From Zygnema circumcarinatum SAG 698-1b (lineage: Eukaryota > Plantae > Zygnematophyceae), in contig CM074811.1 of NCBI GenBank assembly GCA_037447605.1, positions 3,410,001-3,474,000 on the forward strand: a stretch of 64,000 nt of DNA. The letters run 5' to 3'. Shown one piece after another: positions 25,401-38,153 of the stretch (positions are counted from its first letter, which is position 1; the number at the start of each line of letters is the position of its first letter). A model generated the notes under the pieces. The model searched no databases and was not told the DNA's origin. It saw nothing but the letters and a program-made list of their open reading frames with translations. The translations under genes and the position numbers were made by a program.

Positions 25401-28400
25401 TCCTTGATTATCTTGAGAAGAAAAAGGAGCCTCTGAGACTGAGTGGATGGATGATTGAGGAACAAGCTGCAGATTTAGAAGTTCTGCCACTGCCAGATTG
25501 TCTGCCAATGGCGGCATGACAGTTGTGGAAACACTCTGAGTAAGCAGCATATGTCCACTGCTCACCTCCACATTTGGAAGACTTGAACTTTGCCTCGCCT
25601 CCTGCTGACGTAAGTTCTCGAAACCGTTGCCTTCTGCAGCACTTTTTTCTTGATCTTCATGTCCAGCTGTCGATGTGCCCAGAACCAGTGGAGCATAGAC
25701 AGCATTTCTTGACTTCATTGGACTTCGGAAGGGAGGACAAGTTTCATCTTCTTCATATCGAGCTGGTGATGGACTCAGGACCAAAGGAGTGTATGCAGCC
25801 CTTCTTGACTTGAGTTCACTATTTGTCCTCGTGGGCATGGGACTCTGGAAGGGAGAACAGGAAGCTGGGAATTGTGAATCTTCTAGCTTCAGAGTGCTTC
25901 TCGCGGTTACCCTATTGTCTACAATATGCCACGGTTCTGTGAAGTTGGCAGTCGCTGCCTGAGGACTCGACAGGTTGCACTGTGAGCTTCTCTCTCTATC
26001 GCTACTAGTAATACCATTACTGGCTAATAGTGGATGTGCTGGATCAAAGTTGGGAAGATGAGCATCATGATTGGGAACCTCAGACTTGCAGTTGGAATGT
26101 GAATGCATGCTAGAGAAAATGCTCTTCTCCTTGGCTGCCGGGTCGACGGTGTCACCTGGTAAGCCACATAAGTCCAGAAGAGACTCTGCAGCACGAATCT
26201 CAGCTGAGTGGATAGATATTTCGCCAGAACTACCTCTCGGACAAGGACTCTCAGTTGCGGTTGGGGATTCTACCTTAGAAGCAGTTGGTGAATTTTCTGC
26301 ACGTTCGGAGTTAGGGGCTTGCAGTTCTTCAAGCTCAGGCAGAGATGGATCAGCTACAATTGGAGAATCTACCCTCTTCAAGTTCCCAAAGGAAGTATTC
26401 TTCACAGAAAGCCCGAGGTTCTCTTCCAAAACATCAATTTTTAATCGCATGGCAAAACCACTCGTTCTTGCTTCCTTATCACCAGCAAAAGCCTCCCTTA
26501 ATGACCGTCTCTCGAAAGGCTCAGAGGAGATCCTCTCTTCCGAGGGCGAGGGTGGCCATTGAGTTGCTTCAACAATGTCATTGGAAGGGCTTTCCGTTTC
26601 ACTGTCCTCACCTACAGCGTTTCTGCAAGGCCGCCTCTGAGCAGTGGGAGAATCAATGTCTTCTGAAGATTCAGTTTTCGGCTCTAACTTGGCTATAGCA
26701 GCCGCCGGATTTGAAATGAAAGTGTCATTTTCTTCACTTTCATGGCCACAGGCAACATCCAATATGGGTGGCAGGATTTGCTTTTCCTTTCTGACATCGT
26801 TGACAACTGCCTCTTGCTCGCTCTGATGGTCCTGTCCTTGAGATCTACAGCTCTTACCAATGATTTCTCCGTCCAGCGATCTCAAATCCTGCTTTGAGTT
26901 GGCTTCAGACACCTGAGCCTTCTCCATTTTCTCCTTGTAAACCTCCTGAAGCTGCGCTCTCATTTTTCTTTCCTCAAGAACGCCTTCTGAATGAACTGGG
27001 TGCATCACCGCATCAGAAAAAGCACAAGGATCGTCTGTTTCTTCATCCTCAACGTTAGGTTCTCTCGCCATCTTCGTGTCCAACAGTTCGCCAAAAGGAC
27101 TGCGCCTCAAAAGTTCGTTAAAGTTTTCTCTGCCGTCCGGTGCCTTTAAATATACATTACCCGCAGTGTCCTGTTCACAAAATTCCTGAAGTCCATCCGT
27201 GGGATATCCGAAAACTTGCCTCTCAGGATTTCTTATAACATTGACACCAGTTTCTGCACTTCTGTTAATCTGAATGACTTTCTTATCCCCTTCACTATTA
27301 GGCAATTCAACACGAACTACTCCAAACAAATTCCGGGAGTCGCTTCGCCTCCGCTTTTTTCTCCAGAACAGATCATCTAGTTGCCTTGCAGATGTCACTT
27401 GCTCTGCAATACCAATCTCCTGCTTAGAACTACGGAATGCAAGGTCTCCGATTTCTGCTGGACTGAAAAGTTCCGTTTCCTGCTTGCCATCCAGATGGTT
27501 CACACCTACAGGCCCATTCAATCTACCTGCGTTCTTCCAAGCCACATTTAGCTCTAGTTTTTGCTTTCCGGATGCTGACTCCGTTCTGGGATCAAGACTT
27601 TCCAGTCGACATTGAATGTGACTGGATTCAAATAGATGGGGATGCTGCTGGTCCGCCATATACTCGCTCTTGCTAGAGTCTGTCTTTCGGTCGATTTCCT
27701 TTACCTCTTCCTGCTTACAAACAAGGTCAAGCTGCCGATATGAATCCTGATAAATGTTTTTATAGACCAGTGGATCGGTATAGGAAATTTGGCCTTTGGG
27801 GACATCAAACCCTGAGAGTTTCTTGCTAGTATGGTAAATTTCCGTTTTTCCTGCTTGTTTATGAGAACGGGCTCCACCATGCTTGGGACGTTGCTTCCAT
27901 GGACTGTTTCTAGAAACAGAATCTGTCTTAAAAGCGTTGCTATCCGACTCAAAATCGTGTGTCATCTCAGTTTTGACTATGACACCTTTTCGCCTGATAC
28001 TCTCATCTGTCAAAGCTGCTGTTAACATCCTCCAGACCATTGCCTGTGACGAACATTTTGCAGTTAAGCCCGTCTCCCTACGAAAATTTTCCAACCTCCT
28101 TAATACAGTCCTTTGAGGAAGGGTCCGTTCAAATTCCAAACTGGCTATTGCAATCCTCCCACCGAAAGGGCCGGCGCCCTCAGTATGCTCATTCCCTATT
28201 GCTGAGGGTGAAAGTACTTGAAATTTTTCCAGCCTCCGACTCCCCTTGGGCCTATTTCTAGATGTCGCACCAGACCCGATCCTCCTGCTCTCCCATTTGT
28301 CTAATTCTTCGTTTTCTTCATCTTCCGCATCTTGTTCATGTTGTCTGCAAGGCGTTCTATAACAGTCACCTTCGGCTGTGAAATCACTTGTACCAGGCCT

Positions 28401-31004
28401 GAACGAGGGAACTGACGGCTTCATCTCCCAATCAGAATTGCCAGTGCAATCTCCAGCTTGGCTGTCACTCCAAGCTGTAAGGAATGCTAGAGAATATGCA
28501 TCACCCGCATCCTCAACTTGACCTGGGGTAATAGAATCCACGCAAGCACCATAAGGGCCCATAGAAACACCTACAACTCTGCTCGACACTGCTGGTTTAG
28601 CTGCAGTTGAGTCCAAGACGTTTGACCTTTCTATCGAAATATCTTCTCCATTGGCCCTTTCCGCTATATTGCCGTAAACTACACTCCGACCAAAAGATTT
28701 GTCAGTGCCAAACTCCGGAGACTGTTTGGCCCTCTTTCTCTGGTGAGGAGTTGCAACGTCGTCCGATCTAGCCATTGCATCACACAAGATATCCTTCATA
28801 GAACGATGGGCCACGTGAAACAAGGGAGCATTCGAACGCGCCGTTGCTGGGTCCGTAGGACAACTTGAATTCCTGCTAAGTGGACAGACAAAAGATCGTT
28901 CACCCATGTAGCATCCAGTTGTTTGGGTCTCCTGTACTTTCTTCCTATTGGGCTTTTGCATCACGGGAGCGCCTGCAGTAGGGTCTATTTGCATGCGTGT
29001 AAGTTTAGCGGACTCTTCTTTCTCTCGCTCTGTCGCCAAGATGCGGCTGCTTCTTGCTTTTTTGTACAGGTTGAGAGGGGCAGCATAGTCAGTTGTTTCC
29101 AATGGAACATCCTGACAGTGGCTTGCTTGGGGTCCATCGCTAATGAATTTTCTTTTTGCCCTTGGCTTCCTTTCCTTCGTCATAGCGAGCAATGTATTCG
29201 TCGAGAGCTCCACAAAGGGCGACCGTCGTCCATCTGACTGGAGAAAAGAGGCAATGTTTTAGCTCATATCTAGCCATACAGAAAAGTTGTCTATCTCTTA
29301 TAATGCTTTCAGCAGGACACTGAGGATGTGTCGCTTAGAAGTGTTGTAGCTTGAAAGAATTCTGGGACACAGCAAAATCACAAAAGTTACGCATACAATG
29401 AGAAAAAGCTATGCTGTAGCACCTTAGAGCCTACACTAGTGCAAGACAGGGATATCTAACCTTGTAAGACGAAGCCGACGGTGTATGTTGTTCACATCCG
29501 AGAAGTGGAGCATTAGTTTTTGGCGATAATTCGAGCGGTTGCATATCCTGTTGCCTTGCAGTATCTGGCTCGGCAGGCACATTCTGCATCTCAAAAGCGG
29601 CAGCGGTGCCTGCTAGCCATAACTCTTGTTCTTCAAGTGTTTCCTTCATGGCTCCATCGAATCTGCTGCTGACACTTTGATGGGTGCTAGGTTCTTCCAC
29701 ACTGATTGAATCTTCTAGTAAATTTTGCAGAAAGTTTCGTACAACCCTCTTTTGGAAGCCAAAAGCCTGGAAGTTATAGAAAGGGTCTTAGTCAGTCAGC
29801 CAAATTGAATCGCCAATGCAAACTTTGCGAAGGCCGGAACAAGAAAGATGATCATTGCGCAAGCGTTCTAATCTAGAGTTGGCAGCATTACGCTGAATTA
29901 GTAAACGTAGTTTTCCCAACTATAAAGACTCAAAAATCCGAAAAGCTAAATGCTGAGTTTAACCGAGCAACAGGAACAACGACAGGAAGTGAAATACTTC
30001 AAGGCCGTTCATTCTTCTGCGCTTCGAATGACTCCAAAGGGCGCCACTATGCTTCCACTTCATGGTTTCAATCCAGACCACATCAGGGCTATGGCCTGTA
30101 TGTCTCATGCCTTCCTCGCATTCCACCTGGCACAATAATGCGAATTTGCTTCTCTGATTACGTTCCATGGAACAAAGCAATTACAGCCACAGCACATTGA
30201 AATGAATTGATTTTCGTCTAAAGTCAAAAAGCTCAGCAAAGAGTTTTCGTGATACAATACACTCTAAGCTCCTGATCAAACAATTTGACTGGACAACTGC
30301 TGTAATGTACAAAAGCAAATAATCGTCTGCGGCGTGCTGCGTGCAATGGAGTAAGAGAGAGACAACTACGTATCAAACCAAGCTGCAACTAAATCTGAAC
30401 CAAATTAGAGAATGCGAGCAATGATGTTGTCAAAAATATTCATAATCTGCTTTCAACTTTCCACAAAACATTTAACAACATCGTTATTATAATGGATTTA
30501 CGTCCTGATTCAATCAACATCTAAAGAGTGGCCATTTCGGCGTTGAGATTCATGAAATGGTCGGTGTTCCAGCAATGCAGTCACATACCACGAAAACAGG
30601 GCCCCTTTCCCCTTGTTGAATTGACATATAAAAGTTGTGTCCACAAAAGGTGCGAATCACTGAATAGCCAACAGGATAGGGAATCCTATCTTTTCCCTGC
30701 ATAGACATTTCCAAAAGGTTACTGACCACTGTGCTAACTCTGCAAAAAGAAACACGATCTATGAGCAACACAAACAAGTACAGAAGAATAATGCTGCTAC
30801 TAACGTTCCCTTACAAAAACGCCCTGCGAGCAACTATTTTCAAACGTTTCCTAGCAGTCATTGGAATATCTGCAATTCTAAGGCAAATTTCAGAATGACG
30901 GCTACCCTGCAGCTGCTGAAGTACTTCTTCCTCCATGGACCGCTGTAAATCATTCCAATGCTCCTTATCTCCAGTCCTTCGTCGTCTTGCGAGACACCAG
31001 TCAT
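22433..31004 (-). CDS. Large protein (~2000 aa): N-terminal FYR-type domain, ~1400-aa disordered middle encoded by one ~4.3-kb exon, C-terminal WD40 propeller
   Basis: Exons 31004-30906 and 30696-30589 splice to EIRSIGMIYSGPWRKKYFSSCRGKDRIPYPVGY...GERGPVFV, followed by GHSPDVVW...GLELFGFQK (FYRN/FYRC-like). ORF 24864-29213 ends with KHPLPVLSV. Downstream exons give WD-like repeats (LLAGGDGGALVCW, GAAGTKDGYLYVWDVWTG, LLAVAAMDGTLVLYSYHQDRRL*). It resembles a conserved uncharacterised plant family. Some internal boundaries are approximate. Confidence 0.85.
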
Positions 31005-32072
31005 CCAGATGACTTTCCTGCTTTTCAGCTGGCAGAACCGTCTAAACAGCAGATTCAGCAGATATCCAGAAAACAACAATGAAAAATAAAAACACTCATA
31101 ATAACCGGGCCCTCCGTCTATCTCTATCTCCCAACTGCTATCCCCCTCTCCGCCATCCCTCCCTCCCTCCCTCCTGTCTAAATTTCAAGCTAGTTTGGCT
31201 GGTTGAAAAGTCAACTTAAGTAAAGCTAGCTTGCTTTATTAGAAGTCTCTGAGTTCCGCTAACTCAGCTCAAGTAAACTGAAAAAGCGATCCCAACTCGC
31301 TTACATAGTTTCACGAATCGTCAAAACAACGAGGCAAAAAGCAAAAAGTAGAAAGAAATGCTTTCTGCATGCAGTAGTATGCTTCTCCGCATGGTTCTGC
31401 AGCAACACAGTACAGTCTGCAATGCTGTGCGGCAGCACTTCACAGCCAATTTGGCAGCAGAGAGAGTGGGAGGGAGGGAGGGAGGGTGCGCCAAGATTTT
31501 CCAACAATCTGAAAAAGCTTCAGTGTAAAGGTTTCAAATTTTGCCGCTTCCAAATACCGTACGTACAATGGTACCGTACTGTAATGTGCATTTACCCACA
31601 TATAATGTGTCCGAGTACAGTATTGCCACAGCCAAACAGCTTACGATGCAGCTCGTGATGTGCCCTTGCCATACGGTACGGCCTGACTGCTTTAGTACGA
31701 TGCAGTAAAGGCACCACAGATCGGACCATTAGACAAACCAGTCGACTGGTTGGCAACCAGTGGTTGCGGACCGAAACAACCATTCGACTGGTTGCCAACC
31801 AGTAGACGTCCAACCATTGCCATCCAATGGTTGTCCAATGGTTGCCGATCCACTGGTCCGAACTGTGAAAGGCAAAAGCGCTTGTGCTGTGCCTTTACCT
31901 TACTGTACGATTTAGCATCATTAGAGAATTCCTAATTACACACCTTTTTGTCTAGATACACATCTTTAAACAGCGTCCCCTCCCAACAAAAAAATACTGT
32001 ACCATAAAAACAAAAAATGTGACCGTCGAAAAAGGTGCATATCTAGACGAAAAGGTGTGTGAATAGCGTTTT

Positions 32073-33145
32073 CCTATTTTTTTAGGAAAATGATACAGGC
32101 GCCCCACTTTTTGGATATCTGCGCCCCCTTTCGGGAAAAAACTGTACTTTCATTTTGGCTAATCACGCCCCCCCCCCTTGGATCTTTCGGGAGGAGAGAT
32201 CTTGTAGACAATCGGACCCCGCGCCTCGCGCGCAGGATCCGACCGTGCACCGACGTACGGCGCCGCGCATCGCGGCGCGGCCCGCGAGATGCGGCGAGCC
32301 TACGGAAACGTTGTCCTTACCTGACCCTTTTGGGCCAGAGGTTACTACGTGGCAGTCTACCATTGGACAGCCCTGCTGCCGGTCCCCCATGCCGATACAG
32401 TGGACCCCCATAATATTTTCGCCATGGTTTCGGCAAATACTGGGCGAAAATATTATAATTTGCAAATATAAGGTCCGTGTTACCAATAGGCGAGCGGTAT
32501 TATGTTAGAGTTCATGTCTGTTTGTACGTAACGTATCGTATCGTATCGCACCATTCTTTAGATACACGAGCTCCTATTGGTGCCGTACATATACCGTACT
32601 ATTTAGAGATTCTATTCGTACTTACCGTACAGCGTAAAAGCGTGACCCATGTTTGAAATCCGTTTCGATTAGCAGATTTTGTATTGGAGAATAGGTCAGG
32701 TTAGGTTAACACCCCTAATACGTTAACATTGAGTTACCGTACAAAAAGGTGGTTTCGGCAAAATCGGGGCGAATTTCTTGGGGACGCACTGTACAAGGTG
32801 GAAAATATTATGGGGGTCCACTGTATCGGCATGGGGGACCGGCAGCAGGGCTGTCCAATGGTAGACTGCCACGTAGTAACCTCTGGCCCAAAAGGGTCAG
32901 GTAAGGACAACGTTTCCGTAGGCTCGCCGCATCTCGCGGGCCACGCCGCGATGCGCGGCGCCGTACGTCGGTGCACGGTCGGATCCTGCGCGCGAGGCGC
33001 GGGGTCCGATTGTCTACAAGATCTCTCCTCCCGAAAGATCCAAGGGGGGGGCGTGATTAGCCAAAATGAAAGTACAGTTTTTTTCCCGGAAGGGGGCGCG
33101 GATATCCAAAAAGTGGGGCGCCTGTATCATTTTCCCTAAAATAGG
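32073..33145. mobile_element. Foldback/MITE-like element with ~345-bp near-identical inverted arms (about 32073-32420 and 32800-33145), possibly Mutator-derived
   Basis: The arms are reverse complements with only a few mismatches. The end GGAAAATGATACAGGCGCCCC resembles the TIR at 42916. No TSD or coding capacity found. Confidence 0.75.
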
Positions 33146-33389
33146 GGGAGAGACCTTGACCATCGCCCGCGGAATTGAAAGATTCCGCCGGCGAAAAGGT
33201 ATTGATTTCGATTGCAGAATTCGGGTCGGAAACCGCGGCTCCCCCCGAACCTGTCTGTCCCGTCCGTACTTCAAAATAGGTTACAAAAATGAGATACAGG
33301 CTCGGCGCCCGAGCCTGTCGAACGTCCACTTTTGGCGAAAAAGGCCAGCCGTACAACGCGGAATTGGCCCGACGGGCTCGCGGAATTGG

Positions 33390-33397
33390 TTTGGCGC
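33390..33397 (+). promoter_or_regulatory. E2F consensus site TTTGGCGC in the divergent intergenic region
   Basis: Exact TTTSSCGC match between the head-to-head FYR-WD40 and RG-repeat genes. It is a short motif and may be chance. Confidence 0.25.
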
Positions 33398-33970
33398 TGG
33401 TCAAGGTCTGACTCCCCCTAATAGGCGAGCGGAATGCTGTTAGTGTTCATGTCTGTCCGTACGTATTGTGTCGTATCGTTTGTTGTCATATCGTACCGCA
33501 TCGTACCGCATCGGCTACTATAGATCGTACGGCTAGTACGGATAGTACCGTATCTGGACGTATCGTATCGTATCGAAGCCAAAAACAAGGGAAGAAGAGC
33601 GAGCGCCACTTACGGCGGCTCGTGCGGGGAGATTAGGTGAAGTTTTGCGTAAGCCCGTAACGGCTAGTACAGCTATTACGGCTAGTACGGGTTTTAGGGT
33701 TTTTAGGGTTTTCAGGGTTTTAGGGTACGGATAGTACGAATAGTACGGCTAACACGAAGATACCGTACAAAAAGGTGGTTTCGGCAAAATCGGTGCGAAT
33801 TTATTGGTGACGCACTGTTGAAGGTGGAAAATATGACGACCCCCTGTAAGTGACAGTACTGTACGGACATACCGAGGCCGTACCGTACGGTTTGCAACTT
33901 GCCAAGCCAAAGCCTTTTGCTTCCGCCAAGAGCAGAACTCGTTCCTAGACAAGCAGACCTCTTGGAAGCC

Positions 33971-36900
33971 ATGGCGGCCGCGGACATGGCTGCAGGAGGA
34001 GGAGGAGGACGAGGCGCAGCAGAAGGGAGCGGAGGAAATGGCGGGGGAGGGGGACCGATGTCCCGGCGGGATGAGACATGGCGCCGCCTCTACGTCGAAA
34101 CAAGTCTGAATACGCGCCTGGTGCTGGCGGCTCGTGGTTTCTGGACCGTTCTGCAGGCCAAGAGTGAGTTTGTTTAGTGCTAGGGTTAGGGCTATGGTCG
34201 CTGCTGAAGTGCGTGTCTCGGCCAAGCATAGGGTTAGAAATTTAGGGTGTTAACGTTAGGATCTTGTGGCTCTGCACCAGAAATGCATTCAAATTGCATT
34301 GTGGAGTGATAGTGGAGTGATACGACGTTATCATAATGTCATTCCGGCTTCTTTTCTCCACAGTCTTGTTTTTTTATTTCTTAGTTTTTTCAACAGCATT
34401 GTCATCTACATTTTTTATCAATATCGTCATTTTTTATCTCTTATTGAAGTGGCCTGCGAGTGTGACAAGTGTTGGATTTCATAGTCTCAAGGCATTCTGC
34501 ACCACAAAACATTTGCACGATAGTCCTGACCTTTATACGAGGCCATATATGCACGGCGAGGCCATTTTGTCTTTATGTGTATGTATACTCATGTACTTTT
34601 CTGTGTGGAACTTTGGCTGTGTATTTTTTCCCCTGTAACTGTCTGCTTGTATTTGTATCCATGTATTTTTTTATTTCTCAATATTTATCTGCATCGTATG
34701 ACTGCAGGGGAGTTGGAGGCTGAGTATAACATGATTTTCGGCTATGAAATAATCTGCCGCACATTTGAGGTAAGAACCATTTTAGACTGGAAAAAAAAGA
34801 GAGTTTCGAGCCGCTGCCCTCAATGCATGAGTTTCTACCGCAGGTGCAGGATGTAGGCCTTCCATTTTTTTATAGAGAGAGCGGCAAAGAGACTGACGTG
34901 TTTCCATTTCTAAGTGGTGAAGACTTTGGTTGATGTGCAGACAAATGGTTTTCGATGGGGAAACGCTTATCTGATTGGGGACATGCTTGGTAACAAGGGG
35001 ATGGAAGAAATTTATGCTTTAGTTACAAGAAGGAGTATAGAAGAGATTCCACCGGTTGTGCCATATCCAGAAGAGTTCCCTAGGTTCAGAGAAAGAGCAG
35101 CTGAAGGGTTGGTGGAAGCATTAGAACCACCCCCTTTGCCTCTCCAATTACAGCCACTCATTGTACAGCCCCCCGCTTTACAGCAAGCCGCTGTGCAACC
35201 ACCCGGGCTAGATCCACGATCTGTACAACCTGCAGTCGAGCCAGGTGCTGTTGCGGAAGAAGGTGGGCATAATGACCTGCCAGCTGTTCCTTTGGCGAAC
35301 ATGGGAGGTAATGTAGCTGACGGGGAAGTAGCTGCAGGTCCCCCCGAGGTTGAGGCTACGAGCTCCGGCGTCTTGTTGGTGTCACCCAGTACGGCAGGCA
35401 GTGGAGGAAAAGGCCGAGGACGCGGAAAAGGCTTATCGAGTGCAACAAAGAGGGAGAAACAGCCAAATGTTGAGGGAAAGGATGCACCGAAGAAGCGCCA
35501 GAGGAAACCAAAAGATGGGGAGGCAGTTATAAACGTTGGAGTAGGTCAACCTTTGAGCACTGGACCCATGGATGGAGGAACATTGCAAGTGAACAGGTTT
35601 CAAGATATGGCTGCCGGGCCGTCTAACGTGTCAGTGAACGCGCAGAATGGTAACCCTGAGATGGTAAATGTGCCGGTTTTTTCCGTTGGAGAGAATGGAC
35701 GTGTGGAAGAATCTGCTGAAAGACATGCAGAGGTGGCTTTACCGAGCTCCAATACTTTGCTGGAACTGCCAAAAGTGGGTGGCGGTAGAGGACGAGGACG
35801 TGGAAGTGGTCCAGGGAAAATCTTAGGGACTGAATCGAGTACAGAGAAATCAGCTGCAGGCAAGGAGGCAGGGGATACACCGAAGAAGCGCCAGAGAAAA
35901 CCGAAAGATGGAGGAAAGGTTGCGGATAATAAAACAGAGGAACTCGCCAGAACTGAAGCGCTTAATGAAGCAACGATGCAAGAGAGCCAAGATATGGCTG
36001 CAGGCCCATCCACCCCCGCAGAAACCAGGCAGACTGACGACCCCGAGATGGCAAAAGAGCCAATTCGTTCCCCTGAGGGAAGAGGAGGGAATTTAGGTGT
36101 TGAAGAGCCTGCTGCACAAAATGCCGAGGTGGCTGTACTGGACTCCATTGATTTGTTGGAATCACCAGAAGTGGGTGCCAGCGGACGCGGAAGAGGTAGA
36201 GGACGAGGAACGGGAAGCTTAATGAAGAGAGAGAAGTCTAAGGAGGGAGAGGATACGCCAAAGAAGCGGCAGAGGAAGCAGAAAGATGGAGGTAAATTTG
36301 CGGTTTTGGAAGCAAATGAACTTTTGAGAAGTGAACCTCTCAATGAAGAAAATGAGAACAGGCTTCAAGATACGGCTGCAGGACCATCCACTCTGATAGC
36401 AGACACAGGAAATGTCAATCCTAACATAGCAAAAGAGGCAGTTCTTTCATCTGAGGAGAGAGGGCGGAGTGTCGGCGGGAAAGAACTTGCTGCCGGAGAA
36501 ACAGCAATGGCTGTACCAGGTGCCGGTGATTTTCTGGAATCACCTAAAGTTGGAGATGGAAGAGGCCGAGGGAGAGGTAGAGGAAGTGGAATTGGGAGTG
36601 GAACGAAGCGAGAGAAATCGGCAAAGCCTAAGGAAGGAGAGGATACACCAAAGAAGCGGCCGAGGAAGCAGAAAGATGGAGTGAAACCTGCGGATATGGA
36701 AGCAGGTGAACTTTTAAGAACTGAACCTCTCAGTGGAGGAATGGTTCATGAGGATAGGTTTCAAGATATGGCTGCAAGACCATCCGCTCTGGGTGCAGAC
36801 ACAGAATATGTCAATCCCAATGTGGCCAATGAGCCATTTTTTTCCCTGGAGGAGAGAGGAAGGAATACAGGCGGGAAAGAAATTGCCACAGGAGAAATAA

Positions 36901-38153
36901 CAGTGGCTGGACCAGATCCCAATGATTTGTTGGAATCACCTAATGCTGGAGATGGAAGAGGCCGGGGGAGAGGTAGAGGAGGTGGAAGAGGAATTGGGAG
37001 TGGAACTAAGAAAGAGAAATCAGCAAAGCCTAAGGAAGGAGAGGATACGATAAAGAAGCGGGAGAGGAAGCAGAAAGATGGAGTGAAATCTGCGGATATG
37101 GAAACAGGAGAACTTCTAAGAGGTGAACCTCCCAACGGAGGAACAGTACGAGAGGACCGCGTTCAAGAAACGCCTGCAGGAGCATCCCCTGTGGTAGCAG
37201 AGAGGCAGGATAGCGATTCTGTGATGGTACAGGAGCCTATTCGTTTTCCTGGCGGTAATGGAACTGGAGAAGAAACTGCTACAGGACATGCGGAGGTGGC
37301 TGTACCGGCCGCTGGTGATATCTTGGAATCCCCTAGTGTGGGTGGCACTGGTAGAGGACGTGGAAGGGGTAGAGGAAAAGGCATAGGGAGTGGACAGTAT
37401 AGAGAGAAACCTGCAAAAGTTAAGGAAGGAGGGGGGACGCCAAAGAAACCGCAAAAAAAAACAAAGGACGGAGGAAAAGTTGCGGATATGGTTGTGGGCC
37501 AGGCCTTCGGAACGGATGGGATGGCAAGGCAAGAGCAGAGCCTCTCTCAGACGCCTGTACAGTTCCAAAGTGCTCATATATATACGCATGTACTACCAGC
37601 CCCAACTATGGAGACGGGTAGGCAGAACGGCGAACCTGCGATAGCAAAGGAGGCAGCTGTTACCGAACATCAGAATCACGACTCCTCAGTAACAGACGGG
37701 CCAGCTCTTCCATTTGCGAACGTTGTAGGAAATACTGGTGATGGAAATACAGTTGCAGATCATGCTGAAGTCGTCATAGTGGGCTCTGGTTTGGTGTTGT
37801 CGACACCAGCATCCGGAATTGGTGGAAGCGGAGGACAGGGAAAAGCGGTAGGGAATGGAACAAGAAAAGAGAAGCTGACACCAAAAAAGGGCCAAAAGAA
37901 ACCGAAAAACGGAGAGGAGAAAGCAGGTGTGGGAAATGTCACTGTCGATGCGGGAGCAATGGAAGAACAAGGGATTCAAGAAACTCCTTTAGGGTCACCC
38001 AATATGGAAACAGAAAGGCCCAACAACGAGGAGCCCGCTACCCCTTCAGCAGATGGTAGAGGAGATGGAGGCGCCAAACCGGGCACTCCAGATCGTCCTA
38101 AAGGACGGTCCTTACCAAAGTCACCCCCTTCCAAGAAATCTTCGTTGAAATAA
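33971..38153 (+). CDS. Uncharacterised protein, ~1155 aa; 3 exons (33971-34163, 34708-34769, 34941-38153); N-terminal ubiquitin-like/Net1-N-like domain plus 6-7 RG-rich NLS-containing repeat modules
   Basis: Phase-consistent GT-AG splicing gives RLYVETSLNTRLVLAARGFWTVLQAKRELEAEYNMIFGYEIICRTFETNGFRWGNAYLIGDML...IYALV. The long open third exon contains recurring [16 protein letters not shown]...TPKKRQRKQKDG units. Confidence 0.85.

Noticed and set aside
31735-31860. Cluster of short palindromes (ACCAGTCGACTGGT, TGGTTG/CAACCA repeats)
   Set aside because: Too short and irregular to assign. It is probably a decayed repeat beside the foldback element.
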